Assembly (NCBI GenBank): GCA_964544275.1
Contig: CAZIZX010000003.1
Location: 107,705-171,704 of the forward strand
From: an uncultured Gammaproteobacteria bacterium
Lineage (GTDB): Bacteria > Patescibacteriota > Microgenomatia > UBA12405
Length of the DNA: 64,000 nt
Direction: 5' to 3'
A model generated the notes under the pieces. The model did not search any database, was not told the DNA's origin, and saw only the letters and a list, made by a program, of their open reading frames with translations. Made by a program: the position numbers and the translations under genes. Below are positions 38,929 to 48,382 of this stretch, piece after piece (the stretch's first letter is position 1; each line of letters starts with the position of its first letter).

Positions 38929-40658
38929 AACCAATCAAAAAACCACTCTTTATCGCCAGCATAGTTCTGGTTGTTCTCCTGCCGCTAGTTCTGCTTTTGT
39001 CCACTATTGTCTACAGTGCCGACAAAACCCTTCCCAACACTTACGTTCTTGACCGGAATTACTCTAACCTTACTCACCAGCAGATAATTGACCGACTGGA
39101 TATCGATTTTCCTCTCCCTCCAAAAATAAGTCTCTCTTTCGAAAACCAGGAGTTTTCAATTAATCTTTCATCAATTTCTGCCTCTATCGACAAGCAGGTT
39201 CTGGCCGACAATCTTTTGCGCCGTAATTTAAATTACGGCCTGGAACCCGTTATCAAAAGCTTTTTTAGTAACTACTCTTTCCCTGTCGTTTTTATTTTTG
39301 ATCCGGATTTAATGGAAAACGAAATCAGCAGTATTTCAGCCCAAATCGATAAACCCTTTGTACCCACCGAATTACATATTGATCCAAAGTCCAAAACTAT
39401 TACTGCCAAAATAGGCGAACTCGGTCGCCGGGTGGACACTGACGCCCTCCTTCTTTCTTTTGAGAACCACCTGATTAACTGGCAGCACCAAAACTCCATC
39501 GACATCCCGGTCGCTATCATCGGGTCGACTCCTACTCCGGATCAAATTGACAGCACCAAAGCCAAAGCTGCCAATCTTCTCAACAAATCACTCTCTCTCC
39601 GGGCTCCAACCCCGGAGTTGCCCGATATTGTCATTGACGATCTTACCCTGATTTCCTGGCTCAATTTTGAGGGTAATTACCACCAGGACAAAGTTAACGA
39701 TTATGTCGACAATATTTCTCAAAGCCTCCAAAAAGATCCTGTCGATGCCATCTTTAAGTTTGAAGAAGGTCGGGTCACTGAATTCCGCCCCGCTGCCGAT
39801 GGCCATTCAGTCAAAAAAGAAGAGTTGCCAGCCCTAATCATCAATAATCTGAACGCTCTTTTGTCTTCCCCGGACAGTTCGCTTACTCTTGATATTCCTA
39901 CCCAAACCACCCCTCCTTCTATAAATACTCAAGATGCTAATAATCTGGGTATCAAAGAACTATTGGGCAGGGGAGTCTCGACTTTCAAGCACTCCAGCAC
40001 CGTCAGAAATTTCAACATCGAAAAAGGCGCCTCTATTGTCAATCGTGTTCTCGTGCCGCCGGGAGAAACTTTTTCCTTTCTCAAGCATCTGGGCGAAGTT
40101 ACCCGTGAAGCCGGTTACAAGGAAGCCTATATTATCCGTCAGGGCAGGACTGAATTGGATGTCGGCGGCGGTATTTGCCAGGTTTCTACCACCCTTTTTC
40201 GGGCTATGCTCAATGCCGGGGTCAACATTACCCAGCGCCGCCCTCACGCCTTTCGGGTTAGTTACTACGAAGAAGATTCTCCCCCCGGGTATGATGCCAC
40301 CGTTTTTATTCCCAGCCCGGATCTCGCCTTTGTCAATGATACCAACCATCATCTTTTGGTCCAAAACACTTACGACTCAGTCAATAAACGTCTAACCTAC
40401 GAAATTTATGGCACCTCAGATGGTCGTCAGGTAGAAATCAACAACTATCGTAAATGGGGTCATGCTCCGCCCCCTCCCACCCGTTACATTGACGATCCTA
40501 CCTTGGAACCGGGCAAGCTCATCCAGGAGGAAACAGCCGTTCCCGGGCTCAATGTCGCTTTCGATTGGAAAGTCACCCGCGGCCAGGAAGTCTTGCACCA
40601 GAAAACTTTCCAAAGCAACTATGTCCCTTGGGCTGCCGTCTACCGTCGTGGAATTTAG
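38925..40658 (+). CDS. VanW domain protein
   Basis: N-terminal TM. C-terminal VPPGETFSF...GGGICQVSTTLFRAMLNAGVNITQRRPHAFRVSYY...PGYDATVF is the VanW domain. Confidence 0.7.
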   Translation: MKPIKKPLFIASIVLVVLLPLVLLLSTIVYSADKTLPNTYVLDRNYSNLTHQQIIDRLDIDFPLPPKISLSFENQEFSINLSSISASIDKQVLADNLLRRNLNYGLEPVIKSFFSNYSFPVVFIFDPDLMENEISSISAQIDKPFVPTELHIDPKSKTITAKIGELGRRVDTDALLLSFENHLINWQHQNSIDIPVAIIGSTPTPDQIDSTKAKAANLLNKSLSLRAPTPELPDIVIDDLTLISWLNFEGNYHQDKVNDYVDNISQSLQKDPVDAIFKFEEGRVTEFRPAADGHSVKKEELPALIINNLNALLSSPDSSLTLDIPTQTTPPSINTQDANNLGIKELLGRGVSTFKHSSTVRNFNIEKGASIVNRVLVPPGETFSFLKHLGEVTREAGYKEAYIIRQGRTELDVGGGICQVSTTLFRAMLNAGVNITQRRPHAFRVSYYEEDSPPGYDATVFIPSPDLAFVNDTNHHLLVQNTYDSVNKRLTYEIYGTSDGRQVEINNYRKWGHAPPPPTRYIDDPTLEPGKLIQEETAVPGLNVAFDWKVTRGQEVLHQKTFQSNYVPWAAVYRRGI

Positions 40659-40659
40659 T

Positions 40660-41724
40660 CTACAACTCCGCCCGGGCATCTCTGTCCAAAGCCTTAATAT
40701 CAGCCACAAATTCACCCCGCAAGGCCTTGAAATATCCAGCCACCCCGATCATAGCCGCATTATCCGTGTTTAATTCTTTTTTTGGTGGCATATAGATTGT
40801 CAAATTCTTTAATCTGGCCAATCCTCTCAGCCTTTTTCTTAAATTCTCGTTTGCCAACACTCCACCCGAAGCCAATAAGGTTTTTGGTTCACAAAAATCA
40901 ATCGCCCTATCAAATTTCATTAATAATGTATCAAACACCGCCTTTTGAAAAGAAGCTGATAAATTGGCCAGATTATCACTGATTTTTTCTTTTGGCCAAT
41001 CTCTGATTTGATAATAAAACGCCGTTTTTAGCCCCGAAAAACTATAATCAAAATTTTTCTGCCTCGCCAAAGGTCGGGGGAGTTCCATCCAGTTTTCGTC
41101 TCCACCCTCAGCTAGTCGCTCAATTACCGCTCCGCCCGGGTACCCTAACCCCATTAGTTTAGCCGCCTTATCCAATGCCTCTCCCGCCGCATCGTCCAGC
41201 GTTTCTCCTACTACCTCATATTTACCCACTTCTTTTATCAATACTATCTTTGAATGTCCGCCTGATGCAGTTAGACTCAAAGCTGGAAACCGAATTTGTC
41301 TCACCGGTTTCTCCTGACTATTTTTTACCCAATTAGATAATAAATGCCCTTCGATATGGTTAACTGCCACTAACCTTTTTTTATATTTTAATGCTAGTTC
41401 CTTAGCTTTTTCTATTCCCACTCCCAGAGCTATCGCTAATCCCGGTCCATAAGTTACTGCCACCACCTCTACTTGTTTCATACCCTCGTCGATATAACTT
41501 CTCGCGTCAGTTTGTTTTTTTATTTTAAACGCCCGCCTTAAACTTTCCGCCACTACCATATCTATCATTTCACCATGGGCCCTTTTGGCAATATCGGGTA
41601 CCACTCCTCCCCATTGAGCGTGTAAGTTCACCTGCGAAGATATTATGTTTGACAGCACCCTTTGCCCATCCAACACCGCGCCACAGGTATCATCACAACT
41701 GGTTTCAATCGCCAAAATTTTCAT
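40660..41724 (-). CDS. tsaD: tRNA N6-adenosine threonylcarbamoyltransferase TsaD
   Basis: MKILAIETSCDDTCGAVL N-terminus, HIEGHL, and conserved Kae1/TsaD blocks. 354 aa. Confidence 0.85.
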   Translation of the reverse strand: MKILAIETSCDDTCGAVLDGQRVLSNIISSQVNLHAQWGGVVPDIAKRAHGEMIDMVVAESLRRAFKIKKQTDARSYIDEGMKQVEVVAVTYGPGLAIALGVGIEKAKELALKYKKRLVAVNHIEGHLLSNWVKNSQEKPVRQIRFPALSLTASGGHSKIVLIKEVGKYEVVGETLDDAAGEALDKAAKLMGLGYPGGAVIERLAEGGDENWMELPRPLARQKNFDYSFSGLKTAFYYQIRDWPKEKISDNLANLSASFQKAVFDTLLMKFDRAIDFCEPKTLLASGGVLANENLRKRLRGLARLKNLTIYMPPKKELNTDNAAMIGVAGYFKALRGEFVADIKALDRDARAEL

Positions 41725-41728
41725 AATA

Positions 41729-42325
41729 ATGTATTATAAATTTATGTCTTCATCGACTGGTAGAGTTTATATTTTACTAACAATTATCCTATTTGTCCTG
41801 TCTTTAGCTGGTGTCTACCTCTATATCCAAAATATTAAAGTTGTTACTCAACTATCTTCATCATCCCCATCAGTTACCCCATCGCCTCTTCCTACTCTTT
41901 CACCGTCTCCTCTGGAACCCACATCAGAGCCCACCCCCGCTTCCCCATCCGCCGCCACACTCGAAATTCCTGAAACAGAAAAGGAATTCAGCCATAGCCA
42001 GGATAATTTTTCAGTTCTTTATCGAAGTGATCGTCAGGTATATCAGGACAAGCAATCTTATGGCAATCGTTACACTTTTTACCACACTGATGGTAACTTT
42101 GCCATTCATGTTGGTCGTGATTGGTCCTGGGTTTATCCAAATCGCCAATTCAGCCCTGACTTAATTATCTCCGGACAGCCGGCATTCCGCTACGACATCG
42201 AAGCCCAGACTATAGTTGACACCAAGTTAAATGACGTTTTCTACACTATCCAGTGTATCCATTCGGGCAATTCTGTTTTAAAATTAGAATGTGAAGACTT
42301 TTTAAAAAATTTTAAATTTTTATAG
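41729..42325 (+). CDS. hypothetical membrane-anchored secreted protein
   Basis: Start moved to ATG 41729 just after the tsaD start. TM anchor, then an S/P-rich linker (SPSVTPSPLPTLSPSPLEPTSEPTPASPS) and a globular domain. Confidence 0.35.
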   Translation: MYYKFMSSSTGRVYILLTIILFVLSLAGVYLYIQNIKVVTQLSSSSPSVTPSPLPTLSPSPLEPTSEPTPASPSAATLEIPETEKEFSHSQDNFSVLYRSDRQVYQDKQSYGNRYTFYHTDGNFAIHVGRDWSWVYPNRQFSPDLIISGQPAFRYDIEAQTIVDTKLNDVFYTIQCIHSGNSVLKLECEDFLKNFKFL

Positions 42326-42339
42326 GTTATCAAACAAAA

Positions 42340-42902
42340 ATGAAAAAAATCTGGCTTGGTGTTTTAGGTTTGTTCATTATCTTAGCTATTTATCTGGTCG
42401 GATCCTACAACCAGCTTCTCACCCTCAGAGAACAGACCAACAGACAATGGGCTCAGGTTGAAACCTCCTATCAACGGCGCTTTGATTTAATACCCAACCT
42501 TGTCGAGTCCACTAGAGGTGTTATGAGGCAGGAACAAGCCGTCTTCGAAGCTATTGCCGACGCCCGAACACGCTATGCCGACGCCCAAACTCTTGACGAC
42601 AAAACGCAGGCTGCCGCCGAGCTGGACTCATCCCTTGGCCGTCTTTAATCATTGTCGAAAACTATCCAGTCCTCAGGTCCAGCGAGACCGTTTCTCGTCT
42701 CATGGATGAATTAGCTGGCACTGAAAACAGAATTTCTGTCGAAAGGCAACGCTATAACGATCAGGTTACTTCCTATAATCTCGGAGTTATGCGCTTCCCC
42801 AACAATATTCTTGCCAACGCTTATGGTTTTCAACCCCTACCCCTGTTCGAATCAGTACCAGCCGCTGATGTTGCCCCTTCAGTCGATCTTGACATTGAAT
42901 AA
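42340..42902 (+). pseudogene. lemA: LemA family protein, interrupted by a 1-nt frameshift
   Basis: ORF 42340-42648 encodes the LemA N-terminal part (TM, QW.QVE..YQRR.DLIPNLVE). It stops at TAA right after a CTTT run. The next frame continues LIIVENYPVLRSSE..DELAGTENRISVERQRYND..YN...FPNN, through to 42902. Adding one T at about 42644-42646 restores a full-length LemA. Confidence 0.55.
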
Positions 42903-43768
42903 TGAAAATTATTAAAGCAACCATTGCTTTTATTGCTTTCTTACTATTAAGTTCTGCCAATCTGATACAGGCCATTAACTATCCTCAACCTCTTGGTTAT
43001 GTCAACGATTTGGCCCAAATTCTTACCCCCGAGTTCCGAAATCAACTCGAAAATCAACTCACCCGTTTCGAGACCGACACCCAAAGCGAAATCGCTGTTC
43101 TGACCATTCCCAGCCTTGAGGGTCAAACAATTGAGCAGTATGCCGTCGCTATTTTCGATCAATGGCAAATTGGCAAGAAAAATCAAGACAACGGCCTGTT
43201 ACTACTGATAGCTCCCAACGAACGTGAAGTTCGCCTCGAAGTTGGCTATGGCTTAGAACCTATCATCAATGATGGTCGTGCCGGCGAAATCATTCGAAAT
43301 CAAATTACACCAGCTTTCAGGGAGCAAGATTATCAAAAAGGCATCCAGGACGCTGTCAATCAGATTCAAAATTATCTCCAGTCATCACCGGATCAGCCTT
43401 CGGATAGTCAGATCGATTTTTCTCCAGTCACGTCGCTTATCAAATTAATTTTTGGCGTCGGAGCCTTTATTTTTCTAATCGCCCTGATTCCTGGACCCCG
43501 TTTTTGGTACTTGGCCGGGTTTATTGGTCTGCTCACTGGCAACTACGCCTTTAGCAGTATTTGGGGTGGCGTAATTTTTGCCTTGATTGGTATTCTGGCT
43601 TTATATGCTAGATCCAAAAAACCCAAAGGTCCCAAGCGCGGCGGCTCCGGCCCTTTTAATAGCTACCGACCGCACCACAATTTTGGTGGTTTTGGTCGCT
43701 CCGGAAGTGGTTTTGGCGGCTTTGGCGGCGGTCGTTCCGGTGGCGGCGGCGCCTCCGGTAAGTGGTAA
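42902..43768 (+). CDS. TPM domain protein (YgcG-like) with Gly-rich C-terminal tail
   Basis: Signal peptide, LGYVNDLAQILTPE...EIAVLTIPSL...LLLIAPNEREVRLEVGYGLE (TPM/DUF477), a TM helix, then a GGFGRSGSGFGGFGGGRSGGGGASG tail. Classic LemA partner. Confidence 0.65.
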   Translation: MKIIKATIAFIAFLLLSSANLIQAINYPQPLGYVNDLAQILTPEFRNQLENQLTRFETDTQSEIAVLTIPSLEGQTIEQYAVAIFDQWQIGKKNQDNGLLLLIAPNEREVRLEVGYGLEPIINDGRAGEIIRNQITPAFREQDYQKGIQDAVNQIQNYLQSSPDQPSDSQIDFSPVTSLIKLIFGVGAFIFLIALIPGPRFWYLAGFIGLLTGNYAFSSIWGGVIFALIGILALYARSKKPKGPKRGGSGPFNSYRPHHNFGGFGRSGSGFGGFGGGRSGGGGASGKW

Positions 43769-43769
43769 C

Positions 43770-44852
43770 TTAGTAACTAATTTCTCGGGTACTTTCATTC
43801 ACATAAGCAAAATTGACCGGTAGATACCGCACCCCTTTTTTTAACTTTAGATACGCTTCTTTCCCCATCTTTTCTGGCCATTCAATGCAAGCAATAACCT
43901 GGTCATCGAATAATTCAAAAAAACTAATTTCTTCAAACTCGTATTCCTGACTGATCCGGTATAAGTCAAAATGCAAAAATTTTCTGAACTTGTCGTAATT
44001 TATTTTATATTCATTATAAATCACAAAAGTTGGCGAAGTAATTTTGCCCTTTACTCCCAAGTACCTTCCCAAACTTCGGGCAAATACAGTTTTTCCGCAT
44101 CCCAAATCACCGCTAAGTCCCAAAACAATCGGCCCTCTGTCATTTTTTGTAATCCATTTTTCCAACAAAAATACAGCAATTTTAGCCGTTTCTTCCTCTG
44201 ATTTGGAAATCAGCGTTTCTCTTTTCCCGGTAACTAAATCTCCCCGCCTCAATATTTTTAGTTCACTCTCAGTCGCGTCAATTACTGTTGACGGCTTGTT
44301 TTTACGTAATTTCCCTCCGTCTACCACCAAGTCAACCATCTTTTTCTTTTTTCGCGACAGTGTTTTCCAAAAACTTTCAACCGAATAATGGGGACTTCTT
44401 CCTGAAAGATTTGCCGAAGTTACCGTAATTGGTTTGCCTAACAACTCCACCAAATCTTTTATTGCCCTATACTTTGGAATTCGGACCCCCAGCGTTCCGT
44501 TTTCCGCTTCAACTCCAAAAGCTAATTTTTTCTTTCCTTTACTGATTATTGTAAACGGACCGGGCAACAATTTATCGTAAATATTCTCCGTATTTTCATT
44601 AAATTCCACATATTTTTTCGCCATTTCCTTGTCGCTTACCGCCACTGATATGGCTTTTCCCGGCCACCTGTCTTTAAAGGCTAGTAACTTGTCTACCGCC
44701 TTCTGATTAGTTGCATCCACCAGTAGTCCATAAACAGTATCGGACGGGAACACTACTAATCCTCCTGTCCTTAAAACATCCGCAGCTTTCCTCAGATTTT
44801 CTTCGTAATTATCATTAATTTTAACTCTTTCCATTGTTTGCAATTTTATCAT
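43770..44852 (-). CDS. fused TsaC (YrdC/Sua5-like) and TsaE (YjeE P-loop) protein
   Basis: The N-terminal about 200 aa hold GGLVVFPSDTVYGL, LPGPFTII and TVTSANLSGRSP (YrdC fold). The C-terminal about 150 aa hold LGLSGDLGCGKTVFARSL, SPTFVIYNEY, HFDLYRI and IEWPE (TsaE). Confidence 0.65.
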   Translation of the reverse strand: MIKLQTMERVKINDNYEENLRKAADVLRTGGLVVFPSDTVYGLLVDATNQKAVDKLLAFKDRWPGKAISVAVSDKEMAKKYVEFNENTENIYDKLLPGPFTIISKGKKKLAFGVEAENGTLGVRIPKYRAIKDLVELLGKPITVTSANLSGRSPHYSVESFWKTLSRKKKKMVDLVVDGGKLRKNKPSTVIDATESELKILRRGDLVTGKRETLISKSEEETAKIAVFLLEKWITKNDRGPIVLGLSGDLGCGKTVFARSLGRYLGVKGKITSPTFVIYNEYKINYDKFRKFLHFDLYRISQEYEFEEISFFELFDDQVIACIEWPEKMGKEAYLKLKKGVRYLPVNFAYVNESTREISY

Positions 44853-44883
44853 TTTACATTGCTTCTCGTGTTAAAATAGACGC

Positions 44884-47163
44884 ATGGAAAAAAGCTACAG
44901 TCCTGCCGGAGAATCTGCTGTTTATCAGCTCTGGTTGGGACATAACGCTTTTACTCCCGTCACTCCCAAAAATCCCAAAGAATCCCGTCAAAAAAAAGAA
45001 CCCTTTACTGTCATTCTCCCCCCTCCCAACGCCAATAATCCTCTTCACGCTGGTCACGCTCTCTACACTGTCGAAGACATCATGGTCCGGTTTCACCGCA
45101 TGTTGGGCGATCCCACTCTCTGGCTTCCCGGTACTGATCACGCTGGCATCGAGACTCAGTTTGTTTTTGAAAAACATTTAAGGACCCAAGGAAAATCCCG
45201 CTTCGACTATGATCGTCAAACTCTTTTTAAGCTAATTTCTGAGTTTGTTGACGCCAATCGTGACATTGCCATCAACCAAATGAAACGCTTGGGTTTTTCT
45301 CTTGATTGGTCTCGGCTCAAATTTACCCTGGATGAGGACCACGTTAAGCGAGTCTTTTCTGTTTTTAACCGAATGGTCAAAGATGGCCTGATTTATCGTG
45401 ATGAAAAAATTGTCAACTACTGCACTTTTTGCGGTACTGCCTTTTCCAACCTTGAAGTTGAGCACCAGACTGTCAAATCTCATCTTTGGTATATTGATTA
45501 CGGGCCTCTTTCAGTTGCCACTACCCGTCCCGAGACTATGCTGGGCGACACCGCCGTTGCCGTCAATCCCAAGGATAAGCGCTACCAAAACTTAATCGGT
45601 CAAAAGATCACTCTCCCGCTTACCGACCGCCAAATCCCAATCATTGCCGACGAATCGATTGATCCCAAATTTGGCACCGGTGCTGTCAAAGTCACCCCCT
45701 CTCACTCACCTCAGGATTACGATTTGGCCAAAAAACACCATCTTGAGTTCATCAGGATTTTTGATTACGACGGTCGTGCCAATCATAATGTTGATCAAAA
45801 ATATTTTGGCCTCTACCCTTCTCAGGTCCGCCAGACAGTTTTGGATGAATTAAGTCAAAAAGGCTTGTTGCTCAAGACCGAAAAATATACTCATGAAATT
45901 GGCCATTGCTACAAGTGTGGTCGGCCTATCGAGCCCATCACCGCGCCTCAATGGTTTATCAAGATTGACTCGCTTGCCCAGCCTGCCATCAAAGCAGTCA
46001 AAGAAGATCAGATAAAGATATTCCCTCACCGCTTCAAAAAAACTTTTCTTCAATGGATGGCTGACATTCGGGATTGGCCCATTTCCCGCCAAATAATCTG
46101 GGGTCATCGTATCCCCGTCTGGTACAATTTGGAGGAAAGTTCGGCTATTATAATCACCTTTATTGACCAAAAGGGAAATACCGTTACTGGCAGTTGGCAG
46201 ACTATTTCATCTACCTTTTCATACCAGGATGTCAAAAAGGGTCTCCAGTCCCTGATTGCCCCGATCGGTTCCAAGTTTTATTTGTCAGAGTCCGAAGCCC
46301 GAAAACCCGGCCCAAAAGTAGTTCAGGAAACCGACACTTTCGATACATGGTTTTCTTCCGGCCAATGGCCCTACTCCACCTTAGGCTGGGATCCCGATGG
46401 CCGACACTCGCCCGATTTTGACTATTTTTACCCCACCACCGTTCTGGATACCATGTGGGACATTCTTTTCTTCTGGGTTGCCAGGATGATCATGATGGGT
46501 CTTTACGCTACCGGCGATATTCCTTTCAAAGTTGCCCACATGCATTCTCGGGTTCTCGACGCCAAGGGCCAAAAAATGAGTAAATCAAAAGGCAACGCCA
46601 TCGATCCAATTGCTATCGCCGACCAATATGGTGCCGACGCCCTTCGCATGGCTTTAATCTATGGTGTTGCCCCTGCCTCCGATGTGGCTCTTTCGGAAGA
46701 CAAAATCCGCTCTCAACGTAATTTTGTCAACAAAATCTGGAACGCCTCCCGTTTTATTCTCATGCTTGCCGATCGTAGCCGTCACCAAAACTCCAAGTTT
46801 ATTCCTTCTTTAGACATCGACCTATCCAGTCTCACCTCTGAGGATAAAAAAATAATTCACAGTTTAAATAAAACCATCACTTCCACCACCAAAAACCTCG
46901 AAAACTACCGCTTTGGCCAGGCCAGCGAGGACCTCTATCAATTTTTTTGGCATGAATTTTGCGACATTTATATTGAATCCGCCAAAAATAGGGGAGAATC
47001 AACCACCCCCATTCTCCTTACGGTCTTGCTTACTTCTCTCAAACTTCTTCACCCTTTTATGCCTTTTATCACCGAAACTCTCTATCAAACTCTGAAAAAC
47101 GAGTTTAACCTGACACCTCCACTTCTAGCCACCAGTTCTTGGCCTCAAACTTATGAACTCTAA
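44884..47163 (+). CDS. valS: valine--tRNA ligase (short form)
   Basis: PPPNANNPLHAGHAL (HIGH), DWPISRQIIWGHRIPVW (ValRS-specific) and KMSKSKGN (KMSKS). 759 aa, shorter than the typical 880 or more. Confidence 0.6.
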   Translation: MEKSYSPAGESAVYQLWLGHNAFTPVTPKNPKESRQKKEPFTVILPPPNANNPLHAGHALYTVEDIMVRFHRMLGDPTLWLPGTDHAGIETQFVFEKHLRTQGKSRFDYDRQTLFKLISEFVDANRDIAINQMKRLGFSLDWSRLKFTLDEDHVKRVFSVFNRMVKDGLIYRDEKIVNYCTFCGTAFSNLEVEHQTVKSHLWYIDYGPLSVATTRPETMLGDTAVAVNPKDKRYQNLIGQKITLPLTDRQIPIIADESIDPKFGTGAVKVTPSHSPQDYDLAKKHHLEFIRIFDYDGRANHNVDQKYFGLYPSQVRQTVLDELSQKGLLLKTEKYTHEIGHCYKCGRPIEPITAPQWFIKIDSLAQPAIKAVKEDQIKIFPHRFKKTFLQWMADIRDWPISRQIIWGHRIPVWYNLEESSAIIITFIDQKGNTVTGSWQTISSTFSYQDVKKGLQSLIAPIGSKFYLSESEARKPGPKVVQETDTFDTWFSSGQWPYSTLGWDPDGRHSPDFDYFYPTTVLDTMWDILFFWVARMIMMGLYATGDIPFKVAHMHSRVLDAKGQKMSKSKGNAIDPIAIADQYGADALRMALIYGVAPASDVALSEDKIRSQRNFVNKIWNASRFILMLADRSRHQNSKFIPSLDIDLSSLTSEDKKIIHSLNKTITSTTKNLENYRFGQASEDLYQFFWHEFCDIYIESAKNRGESTTPILLTVLLTSLKLLHPFMPFITETLYQTLKNEFNLTPPLLATSSWPQTYEL

Positions 47164-47608
47164 ACCCGCCAAAATACTAATTCTGTTTTTTTTGCTATCA
47201 GTCGTCGGTTTGAATGTCTATTTCGTCAACCATTTTCCTGATCCTCATACCCGCCACAAGATATCAACCTCATCCTTGTCTGCCGGGGAATCATATTTTG
47301 GCCGTTTTAACTTGTGGCAATCTTTTGCCCAAAAAGGTAATTGGCTTCAGGCTTCTCAATTTGAAAATCAGCTCGATACTGCCGACACTATCCGGTTTCA
47401 AACCTCAAATCAACCCGAATATCTCCAAAAAACCCATCAGGAACTAATCACCAAGGATATCAAAGATCAGGAAGACTGGCTCGAATTAGCCAAAATCCAA
47501 ATTAAACTAGGCAAAACTCAGGATGCCCGTATTTCTATCTCGCAGGCATACTACCTCGATCCTGTCAGGGATGATATCTATCGCCTCTATCTTCAACTCG
47601 TAAATTAA
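47153..47608 (+). CDS. hypothetical membrane-anchored protein
   Basis: 151 aa with one N-terminal TM, then a helical region. No motif. Confidence 0.3.
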   Translation: MNSKPAKILILFFLLSVVGLNVYFVNHFPDPHTRHKISTSSLSAGESYFGRFNLWQSFAQKGNWLQASQFENQLDTADTIRFQTSNQPEYLQKTHQELITKDIKDQEDWLELAKIQIKLGKTQDARISISQAYYLDPVRDDIYRLYLQLVN

Positions 47609-48303
47609 CTCTGCTCTTCTTCTTTTTCCTTATTCTCTTCGCCCTCTTCGCCTGTCTCATCCTCAGGTTTTTGTTCAGTTGCCGGCACTTCTCCCGGAGC
47701 CACTTCCGGTTCTTCGATCTCTTCTTCCATCTTTGGCTCCTCGATCTTAACGATTAGCTGGTCTGCCGCGGTCTGAATCTCAACTTTATCTCCTGCTTTC
47801 AAGTCAGCTACCGTAATTGCATCGTCCACATTCACCAATCCCGAAATATCCACTTCAAATTTATCCGGCAGATCAGCCGGCAGCGCTTCCACCTCTACCT
47901 CGTTGGTTACTTCAATCAAAACCATCCCTTCTTTGACAGCCGTCGACTCCCCTATAATTTCGATCGGAACTGTAGCGGTAATCTTTTCTTTTAAATTTAC
48001 TTTGTAAAAATCAACATGAAGCAACCCTTCTTCAACTGGATGATATTGGGGGTTTTTAAATAAAACCGGATAACTGTCTTTATCCACCACCAAATCAATC
48101 AAAGTTGACTCTCCTGCGTCTTCATACAACTTGTTAACCTCCAGACTATTTACCTGCACCGAGATCGGCTCAAAACCTTTTCCATAAATCGAAGCTGGCA
48201 GCCAACCCTCAGACCGTAAGCTCTTTACTTTTTTACCAAAAGTGGTCCTAACCTGTGCTTTTAATTGTGGGTTTGTTTTTGCCATTTTAATTTTTTGCCT
48301 CAA
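47605..48303 (-). CDS. rplY: 50S ribosomal protein L25 / general stress protein Ctc form
   Basis: N-terminal AQVRTTFGKKVKSLRSEGWLPASIYGKGFEPISVQV fits L25. Long acidic E-rich C-terminal tail. Confidence 0.65.
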   Translation of the reverse strand: MRQKIKMAKTNPQLKAQVRTTFGKKVKSLRSEGWLPASIYGKGFEPISVQVNSLEVNKLYEDAGESTLIDLVVDKDSYPVLFKNPQYHPVEEGLLHVDFYKVNLKEKITATVPIEIIGESTAVKEGMVLIEVTNEVEVEALPADLPDKFEVDISGLVNVDDAITVADLKAGDKVEIQTAADQLIVKIEEPKMEEEIEEPEVAPGEVPATEQKPEDETGEEGEENKEKEEEQS

Positions 48304-48382
48304 TGCCTTTGCTCTTAAAGCTACCTCATTTCGGCTCTAATAAACTAGAGGCTATTATAACATTAAATGTTAAAATTTAACC

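Noticed and set aside
43620-43770. Short tandem GGC/GGT-rich repeats resembling a repeat array
   Set aside because: They are in-frame codons for the Gly-rich tail (GGFGRSGSGFGGFGGGRSGGGG) of the TPM-domain protein. This is not a CRISPR or non-coding repeat.
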